DNA from: Octopus sinensis
Lineage: Eukaryota
Assembly (NCBI RefSeq): GCF_006345805.1
Contig: NC_042997.1
Span: 7,254,001 to 7,318,000 of the forward strand
Length of the DNA: 64,000 nt
Direction of reading: 5' to 3'
Each line of letters begins with the position of its first letter. Positions within the stretch are counted from its first letter, which is position 1. The notes under the pieces were generated by a model. The model did not search any database. It was not told the origin of the DNA and was given only the letters and a program-made list of their open reading frames with translations. The position numbers were made by a program, and so were the translations under genes. Positions 1 to 12,630 of this stretch are shown here, piece by piece.

Positions 1-559
1 CAATACCCTCTCCATCTGCTCTTAGATTCCCTACTCTATCTTTCTCACCACTTTCCTTCCTCTTCTTCTTCAAGGGGTGTTTAGAACGACCTCTAAATCA
101 CCCGAAAGGGGTTGCAGAACCGATCAATCCACCTGAATCTGACAGGACAACGGGTTTATCCCAAAGTAGGTCACTGCCAACTGTCCTTAGACTGAACCAT
201 TCATAGCAATATATATACTTGGCACTGATAGCTGTTATGTCTCCTTATTAACGACACAACTAAATATCTCTTATTCTAAGGGAAGATATTTCAAACTATT
301 ACGTACGCATATGATTTGTAATTAATCACTCCTGTTCAGTTTTGGCTTTTCAACAATGATTACTATCAACATCGGTATCTCAACACACTATTATATTTCT
401 CCGTTTGTTTTATTTGTTTCTTTTTCTTCTACTTCGTCATTATTGTCTCTTGCGTGTTCTCGTCTCCTATATCTTCTTTGCATTGTTTTTGTCGACTTCA
501 TTTTTCTGTTCAGAATTTACGCCTTTCCAATCTCTCGTCAACATCACAAATTTTATCAT

Positions 560-692
560 CGTCACCGTCATGATCATCATCATCATCGTCAAACGCTTTA
601 TTATCATTGTCACAATAATAACGAAACAAATAATGATGATGACGATGATGATAAGGGTATTAGTTATTCTTATTAGTATTATTAGACTAATA

Positions 693-723
<31 letters not shown>

Positions 724-874
724 CATAATTATTCTTATTCTTATAAATATCGACATTATTACTATTATTATATTATTATTATTATTATTATTATTGTTGT
801 TGTTGTTGTTGTTGTTGTTTTTATTATTGTTATTATTATTATTATTATTATTATTGTTGTTGTTGTTTTTATTA

Positions 875-905
<31 letters not shown>

Positions 906-1024
906 CCATGGTAGTAGTAGAAATAATACCAGCAATAGTAGTAGCGGCATTGGCAGCAGTATTTTAATTTTTAATATTATTATTAGTAGTAGTAGCAATA
1001 GTAGTATTAGTAGTGGTGGTGGTG

Positions 1025-1055
<31 letters not shown>

Positions 1056-1056
1056 C

Positions 1057-1149
<93 letters not shown>

Positions 1150-1150
1150 T
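560..1150. repeat. Compound trinucleotide microsatellite (CAT/ATT/GTT/AGT/GGT)
   Basis: Direct runs of ATT, GTT, AGT and GGT; accounts for the poly-N/I/L ORFs in the track. Confidence 0.95.
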
Positions 1151-1496
1151 TGAAAGGAGCGATAATACGCACCAGAAATCGGTGACTATGCTGCTTTCTT
1201 TGAAGATTTAAATTTACATATAATCGTAACGGCAGGCGTGTATTATTAGTTTCGGTAATATTACAGTAATGTATTACTTCACTTATACTACTGTAATTTT
1301 AGACCAGCTAAATAACAGTTTCCTTTTGCCTTTGATCAATGATCTCTGCACTTCAATTTTATTACATTTTATCACTTTCTAATCAAAGTGTTGGCGTTTT
1401 CATTAATATAGATACGCTCACACAGTCACATAAATATACACACGTACACGCACTTTCACACTTAGATGCATAGAATACAGACACATGCATTTATAT

Positions 1497-1499
1497 ACA

Positions 1500-1547
<48 letters not shown>

Positions 1548-1633
1548 ATAAGCATACATACTTACACACATGCATACGTATAATATATATATGCATACAT
1601 GTACATAGATGGGTATACATACTGTATACATCA

Positions 1634-1715
<82 letters not shown>

Positions 1716-1770
1716 CATACATACATGCATACGTACATACATACATATATACATATATACATACATACGG
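1497..1770. repeat. (TA)n/(TACA)n microsatellite; many similar tracts elsewhere (e.g. ~11990, 14050, 23000, 44240, 57590, 62120, 62840)
   Basis: Direct inspection. Confidence 0.95.
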
Positions 1771-2269
1771 AGGCAGTTAGAAGGGTACACATATAAATAC
1801 ATAAGTTTGTTTTACATGCAAAAATTACATTTTTGTTTGTTCACGCAGAAAACCAGAAGGTAAAAAAAATCATTTCATGTTTTAGTAACCATATATATAA
1901 TATATTTATTTATAAAGAATGGTCCCTAGTTTACATTTGAGACTGATTTCATCAAAATTCACTGCCGAAACCCTTGAGTAAACCTGTGACATTTTCAAGT
2001 ACTTTATAATTTCTAAATTAATTTTAATCATATTTGCATTAAAAGAATAGAATGAAACTGAAATAAATCGAAGAGTGATATATAAAGGGGAATTCTCTTT
2101 TCAGACAAAACGAGAAGCATAAATAATGCGGGTAAAGCAAGGTCTCCAGACATACTTATATTTTGTATATCGAAAATTCTCAAGTAATTGTGTTGTTTGC
2201 AATTAATTCGCTGTTCTGTTGGCCATACAGTCAGTCATACATTTAAAACGAGTGTCACTTCAATTTGAA

Positions 2270-2980
2270 TTCACTAAATGTTTGTGCATATTTATGTATA
2301 TTTTTGCAATGAGCACAGTTTCAAAATGAAGAGTTACGATACTTTTTGTAATTCCTTTGAGTGTTACATCAATATTATAAAAATTTATTGCCAAGATATT
2401 CAGCAAGGTGCTGTAGTTATCTCCCTTTAATTTCTTAGCAAAATAATAACATTGAATATGCAAAATGATAACAGTGAAAATTGTCTTTCTGCTATAAATA
2501 ATATTCTAATTTTCCGAGAGAGTACTGAGTATTTTCTAAGGCAGAATTCACATACTTTCTTTTAGTAGAGGGGTGAATTTGGTATCCAACACTCAGTAAT
2601 TCTTTCTAAAAGCATTAATTGAGCTTTGAGTAAGTTCATCAATTATTGAAGAATGTAAATAATGTGTTCAAAAAGGAGGAGGAGAACATTTAAATTAATG
2701 ACAGTAAGATAGTGCAGATGACTAAATATTCGGAGGAATATGGTTAAAAGTAACGTTTCCGAACTTTTTACTAGAAAATAAAACTATACTTATAATTACG
2801 TATCCCGCTTTCAAACAAATTTTACGACTAATGTTCGATGTAAAAAGTCTCAAAGGTTATGATATATAATATTGCATCCAGTCCAATCTTAAAATAGATT
2901 ATATTTAGCGCAACATTATTTGTTAAGTCTTATTCAAGGCCGAAAACGCCAAAACGTTCTAAGACTCAGTTATGTATATA
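2270..2980 (+). pseudogene. Decayed LRR-ectodomain (Toll-like receptor-like) coding relic
   Basis: Manual + strand translation: IPLSVTSI (2351), QDIQQGAVVISL*FLSKIITLNMQ (2392-2463), LLENKTILIITYPAFKQILRL; resembles LxxLxLxxNxIxxIxxxAF with stops and frameshifts. Confidence 0.42.
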
Positions 2981-4468
2981 TTTTGATGGTGTATAAATAT
3001 GTGAAAATGTACCTCTATGCTTGTGAAGCCGTGTGTTCTCGTGGCTAAAATGGTGAGCGAGTGGTGAATTGGTTGTGAGCTCGTTTTCTGAAACATGCCT
3101 TGTGTCATGCCCTCCAAACTAGCGCATCATTTCATAAAGCTACATTCCACTGAACAAAATCTGAATACCAAATTAATGCTAGTGTAAACGTTTCTCGCAT
3201 TTTCGGTTTTTTACTCTCACTCTCTCTCTCTTTCGCTCTCTCTTCTTCGTTCTATGGCACCCTTTCTCCAGGTTTCATATTCTAGATGCTCTCTAGGGTC
3301 ACTATAATGTGTAGAAGTTGGGAGCAATGTTATGTCTTAATGCATATATAATTTTAAGAGTATGCAGGTCATTTTTACAAACAATACAAATGTTGATTAT
3401 TGTGTATTTGTCTTTAAGTTTTCGTGAGAGGATGACAGCGGTTTGATGAAAAATGTCAGCAATTCAGATATTTTAATAAATATTAACTGCTGATGTTTGG
3501 AGCCTCAACACAATACGTTTAGGTGTGGACAGTTATCGGCTCACAATTTAGTTGTTGTTTTTGAATCTATATGTATGTATATGCGTATGTCTTCGGTGAA
3601 AGTTTAATCAATGTGGATATATATTTGTAAGGTGGGTTTCAAATGGGTCAGATTATTTTGTTTTGTCTTAATGTATATGAAAAACAAAACTATGCTGCTT
3701 GTTGAAGAATGAAGTAATTCAATCAAGAAACTATTTGCTATTTAATTTAAATTTATTGTCGATTGAATCTAGATCAGCCATTAAACAGTTGACTGGTTTG
3801 TTGAAAATATGCGAATTTATAACGGCAATTGTGTGATTTCCTGTGTGTATGAGTCTATGTGTGTGAGCATGTATGGTTATGGTTTAAATATACATTTTTA
3901 CTAGTTTCCTTTAATAAGAGCATTAACAGCAGCATTACTATCTGGTGGTGATTTGGTTCGGTTCATTCGGAGAAGTAAATTTTACGTACTGATTATCCGT
4001 GTTTCAATACAGAAATGTATATCTATTATAGTCTGTAATAAACATCGTAATAAATATCTCTGCAATTCCTTCTCCTAATTTGAATCGTCCCTTGCGCATG
4101 TATAGATTTGGAAAGTGTTACTTATTGAATAAAATTCAACAAAATTACTACAAACAATTATAAAAGTTAATGAGATGAAACCAAAAATGCTGTTGTGAAC
4201 ATTTGAACAGAGCGACATAAGATCACTTCTGAATTTTCTCAATTTACGATTTAATAGTATACAGCATCCAGGCAATGTAGCCACATAAGTAGATCTGAAT
4301 CAAAATTCATATATATATACTATACTTAGCTTATGCATAGTTTTTAAATATCGAAGGTCGTCTGGGAAAATGATACTTCTATGGATGTAATGTTTTAGAA
4401 TAAAACGTACTTCAGAGATAGTATTTCATAACTGATTACATTCAACAGTCAGTTTATCTATCTGTCCG

Positions 4469-4555
<87 letters not shown>

Positions 4556-4702
4556 ATTTATCTGCATCATCAGTTTATATTGCTCTTTTTGTATCTATAC
4601 ATTTATATGCATGTATGCACACACACACACACACACACACTCACACACACACACACCACACACACACATATATATATATATATAATATATATATATATAT
4701 AT

Positions 4703-6748
4703 GAAAAAACAAGTCAAAAATAGAAAATGCTAAAATAATTTTATAGTGAACATTTCAGTACCGGTTTCGGTCATTTTGAGACATTTCAACTGTAACGATT
4801 AAATAATTAAATTTAGAAAAATTAGAAGAAAAGTTTTTTTAAAAGAATATTTCTATAGTAGTGTTCAGATTTAAGTGGCATTCTGCCTTTCTCTGACTCC
4901 CTTGTTTGCACTTGTGTGTCGGAGGTCGTTGTGAGTTCTTGGAAGGGTAGTAGAGGAAGAAGGCTGGTGGGGAAAGGGGGATGGGAGAATCTGGGAGTGC
5001 CCTGATGGTCGTATTTTGAATGGTCAGTGGCGGCTGGCAGTCTCAGTTCAATTCAGGAGAATATTTATATTGACAGGCTTGTTTATAGAATTAGCGTAGG
5101 TTTATAGAATTTGCTAGGTGTTATACTAAAAAACATTAGTGACAAAGTTAAGGGGTAGGGGGTGGAGAAGTAGAAGAAGAAGAAGAAGGAGAAGGAGAAG
5201 GAGAAGGAGAAGGAGAAGATGACGATGATGGTGGTGGTGGTGATGATTATGACGAGGAAGATGATGATAATGATGATGATGAAGAAGAAGGAGGAGAAGG
5301 AGAAGATGGTGGTGATGATGGTGGTGATGATGATGACGACGATGATGATGATAATGATGATGATGAAGAAGAGAGAAGAAGAAGAAGAAGAAAAAAACAG
5401 AGAAGGGGGAATATGAATGGGTGTAAGTATAACTATGAAGGGGCTGATTAGTAATGGATTCTATGGAGTGTAATATTTGTGTGTATATATATATTTTTCT
5501 TTTATTCTAAAGTTGAGGTATATTAATTGTTTGTCGTAGACCCGTTTAGAAGTGGCTTGTATTTTGTAATAAAGAGATTTTCTTTATTTATTCGTTGTCT
5601 CGAGGTTGTATCGTCCCTAAATTGGTAGAGGGGGAAATTCTGAAGTTTGGTGTTTTTTTCTTGGCGCAAGTATCTATGTGTTGGCTAAAAGCTATTTTTC
5701 TGTTTTAGGGAATTTTTATCTGGGATCTGTGCAGGGCCATTCGTTTACGCAAACCATTTTTTGTTTGGCCTATGTACTGCTCTTGACACCCGGAGCAGAT
5801 TAGTGAGTATATTAGGTTCTCCGAAGCACATGTGAAGTTGCTTTTCACTGTAAACCGTTGTCCCTGCTTGAAGGAGAACTCTGATCCCTCAATTAGATAG
5901 TCGCATATCCCGCAATGGGTCTTCCACATTTTTTTACTGTCGGCTTCTGTGTTGAGGAGTGAATTCGGGCTTGTGTAAGGAGACTTTTCATGGATCTAGG
6001 CTGTCTTTTGCTTTTTATGATCGTGTGTGTTTGGAGGATTGTGTTCATTCTGTGGTCTTTTTTTAGGAGGGGTATGTTGTGGAGGATGGTGTCGAAGGCT
6101 TCGTTATTGAGAGGGTTGTGTGTGGAGATGTATGGTAAGGCTTTTGGTTGTAAGTTTTTCTTTGATTTGGGATGTCTCAGTTCCTTGATGTTAAGTTGAA
6201 GGGCACGTTGAATGCACTTGTCAATAAGTGAAGGTGGATAGTTCCTGGTGATTAGGGTATCTTTTAGTTCTTGTAGTAGTCGTGTGTCTCTGGTGTTTGC
6301 GTTAGAGACTATAGTGCATATCCTTTTTGCTAGATTGAAGGGGATATTCATCCTGGTGTGTCTGGGGTGGCATGAATTGAATGGAAGATATTGCTTAGAG
6401 TCTGTAGGCTTATAGTATATGTCTGTTTCTATTATATTATTAGCTTTCTTAATGAGGATATCGAGGAAGGGGAGTTGTTGTTGGCTATATTCCATCGTGA
6501 ATTGGATGTTTACGTCCAGTCCGTTTAAAATTTTCTGGAATTCTATGAGTTTTTCTATATTTTTATGCCAAAGGATGAAACAGTCATCTAGATATCTCTT
6601 CCAGTTGTTTTCTATGTAGATGGAGAAAGGGCTGCCATATCTTTCTAGAACCTTACGATACAGACTGATCTCTAGGTATCCTATGACTAGGTTGGCAAAG
6701 GAGGGGGCCATTCGTGTACCCATCGCAGTCCCCGATTTTTGTCGGTAG
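4703..6748 (-). mobile_element. Penelope-like retroelement, 5'-truncated: RT C-terminal part + GIY-YIG endonuclease + pLTR
   Basis: ORF 5893-6843: GTAMGTRMAPSFANL, WKRYLDDCFILW, LPFLDILI, YYKPTD..YLPFNSCHP. ORF 5705-5929: NLIYSLICSGCQEQYIGQT..LRKRMALH (GIY-YIG). Both ends lie in (TA)n; hammerhead-like motif in the 3' region. Confidence 0.93.
4756..4792 (-). ncRNA. Degenerate minimal hammerhead ribozyme in Penelope pLTR
   Basis: Minus strand CAG-UUGAAAU-GUC(UCAAAAU)GAC-C-GAAA-CCGG-UA-CUG: stem I CAG/CUG, palindromic ACCGGU stem III, GUA site; CUGANGA box is deviant. Confidence 0.5.
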
Positions 6749-7265
6749 AAATATATATATATATATATGCGAAAAGAAGATGGAGAAGAAGAACAACAAC
6801 AATAGTAGCAACAACTACAACACATAAATGTGACTGTATTCATGTCTCTGTATATATATACCTGCAGTCGTCATGCATTCAGTTATCCGCTTCCTCCACC
6901 TCTTTCCCTTCCTTCTTCTCCTCCTTCTCCTCCTTCTCCTCCTTCTCCTCCTCTCTTTCTTTTTTATATTTCTATCATTAAAGAAAACAACGGTATGTTC
7001 ACTCCATGTAGCGCACCACGTGAGAACTATATTGTATTTGTGTTTGGAATCATAGTCTATTTAATCATTAGGGAACTTTATACAGGAATTCTGTAATCTG
7101 CTCGCAAGATCATTTATCGACAATCTCAAGAGTTGTAAAGGAATTATTTAAAATGAACAAACCGATGCAGATATTTCTTATTGTGTGTGTGTGTGTGTTT
7201 GAGTGGATGTTTAGACCTCCGTCTATTTCTACTTCTATGTGCACAATACGAATCCAGATTATTTG

Positions 7266-8390
7266 TTTTTTTTTTAATTTTATCTAGTTTCAACTCACGA
7301 GCTGTGGCCATGCTGCGGCACCCCCATTCGGTGTTGCTACATGCTTTTACTTCACGAATGCTTTTTAGCAATTGCCATTTGGTGCATGAGAGAGTTCGGT
7401 GCAGCTGCCCTCATCTGCACCTTCTGCCGGGAAGTTGGTTCATCTGGGACACCTGTCAGGAAGAGATCCCGTTTTATTTTGAAGACATCTGCATCCACCA
7501 CATACAGGTCTCTCAGGTCCTTGGGGAGGATGTTGAAGATCTGTGGACCCCTGAAGCCCAGGCTATTGCTGTATCTTGTCCTACATCTTGATGGCAAATT
7601 TGGAGTCCTTGGCAGTATGCAGTGGCGCCCAGTTCTAGTATTTGCGTAACTCACGATGCCAAAGTTTGGAACAAGTCCTTCCAGGATCTTCCAGATGTAC
7701 ATTATGGTATATCTTTCTCGCCTACGCTCTAAGGAATAGGGTCTTAATCTCTTGAGTCTTTTCTAATAGCTTATATGCTGCACAGAGGCTATCTTCTTCG
7801 TGTAGCTTCGTTGGGTCGCCTCAAGTTCTGTGATTAATTTGACACTGGATGGTGACCATAGCTGAGAGCAGTAGTCAAAGTGACTTAGGACAAGTGTCCT
7901 CCAGAGGACTATCACGGTTTCCTGGTCTCTTGTTCTAAAGTCTCTAAGAATCCATCCGGTCAGCCGCCTATATTTCATTGCCAATTTAGCAACATGCACA
8001 TGAAAGGTTGCGTCATTATTCATGTACATACCCGGGTCTCGCACTGATTGTGCCTCTGGGATTGCAATCCCTCCAGGTCCAGTGTATTTATTGGGTATTG
8101 CATTTAGTTTGCATGCTGATAGCATAAAGCTTGAAACTTTTCAGCATTGAACTGCATGCTATTCTTTTCACCCCACTTGTATATTTTGTCCAGCTCACAT
8201 TGCAGGTGCTTAGTGTATTCAGTGTTCTGTATTACCTGTGACATTTTTGTATCATCTGCATAACTTGTGATCGTGGCTCTCTGCGTGGCTGAGGGCATGT
8301 CTGAGAGGGCCATTATGAACAGTAGTGGTCCCAAAACAGTACCTTGCGGAACACCGCTCACTATTTGCGTGTTAATAGAGGTTAATTGGC
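7266..8390 (-). mobile_element. CR1/Jockey-group LINE, 5'-truncated and frameshifted RT 3' part with poly(A) remnant
   Basis: SGVPQGTVLGPLLF..SYADDTK (8104-8361); VRDPG..WRTLVLSHFDYCSQLWSP..LEATQRSYTK (7763-8125); YIWKILEGLVPN..FRGPQIFNILP (7352-7702); T-run at 7266-7275. Confidence 0.9.
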
Positions 8391-9499
8391 TACTACCACC
8401 TGACTTCTATCTTTCAGAAAGTCCGATTAATAGAAAACATACAGGGATCCACTTATATCGAGGAAATAATAAGTTTGGCACCACGTGTTGCAAATATTCT
8501 TAATGAACATATTTCATTATCCATCACCGATATAGGAATTCATAGCTCGACTTCCAATGTAATTTAGGTGGCTAGATGCTCATTTCTTAACAGACATTGA
8601 TTAGAAAATATCATTTCTATATTGTTGTTTAGTGTGACACTGTATGCAAACGTATACTTACGATACACATTTGAAAATCGTTGAAGCCCATAACTAAAGG
8701 GCAATTAAGAGATTTTTGAATTTCTTTTTGTGTCCTTGATTTTGACGGTCAGTGATATTGTTCAGCTACGTGCGAAATTAGACAAGCGATAGTTCAGTGT
8801 TTTTTTTGTACTCACTTTCCGGTTTCCGTTAATAATTTGCTAAAATACGTATTGTTTGAAGGCGTTAACTATTAAGTATTTGCATAATAAACGAAAATAG
8901 AAATCGTTAAAATATTTTTTCTCAGTATTTATTGTATAAAATGAGTCATGGTGACTCAACATTAATAAACTGCATGACTTGAGTGAATACACGATCCATT
9001 TGATATACTATCAGTTATATGGATTGAGAAACTGTACGACGAAAATGGCTAAATACTCGCGTGTGTGTATGGATATATATGTATTTATGTATATATCTAT
9101 AAAGTATATAAGCACATCATGTATGTGTACACACAGACGATATATGTATGTATATACATGTGTGTGTGTAGAGAGAGAAAGAGAAATAGAGATAGACAGA
9201 CAGACAGAGAGACTCTTGCCTACACTCCTACAAACACGCAGACACTATTGGATTGAAATATTGGTATATTTTTTGCTTGCTTTTTTTACACCAAAACGCC
9301 TGTGCATTACTCACATGTTTTAGTTGCTTATTAACTGATCCTGCAAAGAATATTTCACTCAGTGTGCTAACGAAAAGTAAACGATAAAATACGAATTTAA
9401 ACGTCGTAATCATTATCATATTGCCTTTAGAATAATTGCGTTTTATGTATTAATCTATGATGTATAATATAATATTCATGTCGTTTATTTTACTCTATC

Positions 9500-11150
9500 T
9501 TGGTCATGTTGATATCGAAACATAGTTAAAAATCTAATAAAAATTGTGATTTACCGAACTAAAAAGAACTCTTAGAAACATTTAAATATGTTCTAATTAT
9601 CGGATTTCACATAAATTGGCCATCATAAAACTATGTAGAATGCATTCTGGAAAATAAAAGTTTTCACAAACAATGATTCTGGCAAGTCTTTATGTAGAAC
9701 AGGTGAGCTCTTGAATGAAGGATCATAAACCATAGCTTCAGTAATGTATGTCATGGACACTCTAAATATGCCTTATGGGGGAAAAATCAATGTTACTGCT
9801 GCGGTGTAAATGTGTTAGAAACTTATTTACATTTACTAGTTCATTAATCGAATATTGACAATAGACGTGATGTTGTTCCATAATTTACGCCTGTATATTA
9901 ATATTCAGCTATTATGTTCTAGCTTTTGCTCACAAAATCAAAGTACAATATAATGGCAGATATATCAGAGGACTTGCATAGCGCCGTATTTCATTTGTTC
10001 ATAGTGTGCTCATTCTGTGGTCCAACTCTCATATTGTAGGTAGTTAAATGGTGCATAGCCGTTCATCACAAGTACGACGAATATAAGAAACCACGTAGGG
10101 AAAGTGATAACAAACTTAATACAACGAGCAATGCAAAATCTGAAGTGAAATTAATCCCGTATGAATATCAGAAGTCATTAGCCGAAAACCTTTTTTTGTT
10201 GTTGTTTAAAAGTGGTTTGTAAGCTTCTAAATGTTTTTGCATAACGTATAATAGATACTAGTAATTTGGAGTAACTCGCATCGTTAGTAAATCCAGTGAA
10301 AATTTAAGACATATTTCAGTCCCAATATGTATTCTTACATTAGTATATTATGTTATTCATATATCGTATCATGGTAAACTAAAAGGTTCTTATGACAATT
10401 GTATTTTCTTGTGATATAAAAAAGACATACATTTTCAGTATTACCGTAGGGAATTATGATTTCTTCAACGAGTAACTCACTCCGCAAAGATAACATCCAA
10501 TAATCCCTTCTAGGTTTCTCCAGTTCTGATTATTCAGTGGTAAAGATATACTGAAATTCTGGAAGGTAAGGATACAAAGTGCTGGCATGTAAAAGTGCAA
10601 TTGACAATTTTAGACCGGCTAATAAAATGAACGATGTTTCCATAATTTCTCTGCATATTTATTCACCTTATTAGAGAGTAAAGTATTTCTTTTAGCAAGA
10701 ACATGAGAGGCGCTTAACACCCAAGATGCTACTCATCACGCTTCTTACTGGTTGTCTATATATAACAAAGATATGATTTAATATTCTTCCTAATAATGTC
10801 CAATTATTTCTGAAACTGCACTCAATATTGTCAGTGAAGCAGATCTCAAAGGGCGTTCAAATGAAATATATTCAAAACGCATATTGAAAATACGAATTTC
10901 TTTAATGTAGAAAAGAAATTTTATATATAGTAGCCATTATGTTTTTAAAAGCAAACACGGAAATCTTGGAATCGATTTTTTAAGGGTCGCTATTCATTTC
11001 GTCGAATACCATTGCAAAGAAAATTTAAACGTATGAGGAAAAATAAACTTTAAAGATTTTATTCAACCTGTGCGACCATTAATCATTGATTTCTTTTTCT
11101 ATGACATCCTTATTCGTCAATTTTCAAAAGACTACGAAACTTAATTCGAA
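9500..11150 (+). pseudogene. Decayed LRR-coding relic
   Basis: NNDSGKSLCRTGELL (~9670; resembles ENNDYQE..SRELF at ~39130), YQKSLAENLF (~10175), IISETAL (~10803), LFISSNTI (~10990). Confidence 0.3.
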
Positions 11151-12011
11151 AGCGTATATAGAAGACGCGTTGGGCGTCAGTTCGATGATTTATAATGTTA
11201 AAAATATCAAATAGGAATTATAGTGCTGTGTCACCAGCTCTGAATATAACAGTGTAAAATAACGATTTCGTACGTGAGCTCGAGTCGATCAAAGGTTTAT
11301 TCTGAAATAAAACTGTGGCACACACTTTGAAAAAGCGTTAATACTATGATAAGAATTTTAATATTGCATTCAAAAGTAACCTTCCGTTGCTAACACTTAA
11401 CACAATCTTTTCAATTCAAAGATAAATAAATAATTCAAAAATAAATAAATAGTGTACGGCTCTTAAAAGTAAAGATTTTGTTACGACTTGATATAACTTC
11501 AGTACGATGTAATGCATGCATGACGTGAGAGTGTGACATGGCGATAAAATTTGCATCATTTCAAAAGACATGATACAAAAATGGTGGACTTCTGCTAATC
11601 CATCCCTGAAACAATACGCATAATGTCAGTGAAATATGATCTATGATAAATTTTGTTTATCATACATATAGATATATATATATATACATATATATAATTT
11701 GGGTATTTGGATTTCAAGATTCTTTATGTGAGTTCATGCGTGCGTTGAAGTATATTCTGTTGTATCTCTGGATAGTCATTCTCTTTTAGTGTCTGATAAT
11801 TGAACACACTCACCGGAAAGGTTTCCAATGTTACTTATTTATCGTTCTAAAGATTTTGTAATGCGACGCAACGAAAATTTTAGAAAAGTAACTAAGCAAA
11901 TGAGTGTTAAATTTACCGATCAATGAGTTAAATTATATTGCACTAAAAGAAAATATGACTCTCCGCAGGCACAAAAGTGTATATATATATGTATATATAT
12001 ATATATATATT

Positions 12012-12045
<34 letters not shown>

Positions 12046-12105
12046 ATATATATATATATATATTATATATATATATATAATATATATATATATGTATGTA
12101 TATAT

Positions 12106-12247
12106 GGTTCCGAGGTTGTCACAGGTAGTAGGGATAAGCTCCCACTATCTACAACATGCTCCCACATGTGTGCGTCTCAAAACGCTTCTGACAACCAAAA
12201 TCCAACTCTGGGCCTGCTCGTGGCGGAACTGCTTTTACAGACAGGAG
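12106..12247 (+). ncRNA. HDV-like (nested double-pseudoknot) self-cleaving ribozyme with extended J1/2
   Basis: P1 GGUUCC(12106-11)/GGAACU(12225-30) with G1.U wobble; P3 GCC/GGC; L3 UGCUCGU; P1.1 G,C of L3 with G12231,C12232; J4/2 C12238-A-G-A; P2 CUCUGG/CAGGAG imperfect; J1/2 closed by GGUUGUCA/UGACAACC. Confidence 0.75.
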
Positions 12248-12630
12248 AAGGGGCAAAGGCGGTACTCTTGCGCCTTAAAATCAAATGCTTCGGGTAGTGG
12301 GTGCACGTCTGCCTTGGAAGGCTGCCCATCTTATCTCAAACCTATGCCGCTGCCTTGTGGCAATATCCAGCCATGGAAAAGGCTTCAGAAGTAAACATCG
12401 AGGAATAATCCGGAGTCGGAGCCCCTAAAGTAGCTCCATGCTGATCTCAACTTCGTTCTGGGATCTTCTGCGACCGCGCTGGCGCCAAACTGTAGCAGCC
12501 CTGCTTTGCATCCATCAACGAGGTGGAGAGGGGCTACAAGTTGCATGGGCAACAGCCTGTTCTCCATATCACACTGCATTGGTTACATCCGTCCACACCA
12601 TCTTAAACATATACAACTGCACCTAAGAAT
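12106..12630 (+). mobile_element. Solo RTE-type 5'UTR (no ORF) inserted in (TA)n
   Basis: GC-rich island starting abruptly after (TA)n; shares AATCCGGAGT(C)GGAGCCCCTAA with the 5'UTR of the RTE at 45590-45610; begins with an HDV-like fold. Confidence 0.7.

Larger units (their letters stand above)
3900..9060 (+). pseudogene. Decayed TLR-like gene (LRR-LRRCT-TM, weak TIR-like traces), interrupted by Penelope and CR1-type insertions
   Basis: NISAIPS (~4055), SLLNFLNLRFNSIQH (~4223-4267), SLGNFIQEFCNLLARSF (~7070), CNL/WLD LRRCT-like (8558-8577), PITKGQLRDF (~8694), hydrophobic FLFVSLILTV (~8730), YGLRNC (9018-9035). Confidence 0.4.

Noticed and set aside
60-110. Hairpin GGGTG..CACCC followed by GAAA (hammerhead-like)
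   Set aside because: No CUGANGA box and no NUH/stem III geometry
356-1863. ORFs of poly-N/I/L/YI
   Set aside because: Pure translations of microsatellites; the same holds for most short ORFs in the track
2515-2606. ~90-nt hairpin starting TGAGTATT (miR-12-like seed)
   Set aside because: Large unpaired centre; lies within LRR-like coding relic; likely chance in AT-rich DNA
3451-3498. 48-nt AT-rich hairpin, possible pre-miRNA
   Set aside because: Short, low complexity, no recognised mature sequence
6984-6992. Possible 9-nt microexon (AG|AAAACAACG|GTATGT)
   Set aside because: The upstream pyrimidine tract is a microsatellite and no flanking host exons were found
9630-9775. Minus-strand 48-codon open frame after a good acceptor
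   Set aside because: No recognisable motif or partner exons; the opposite strand fits the LRR-relic reading better
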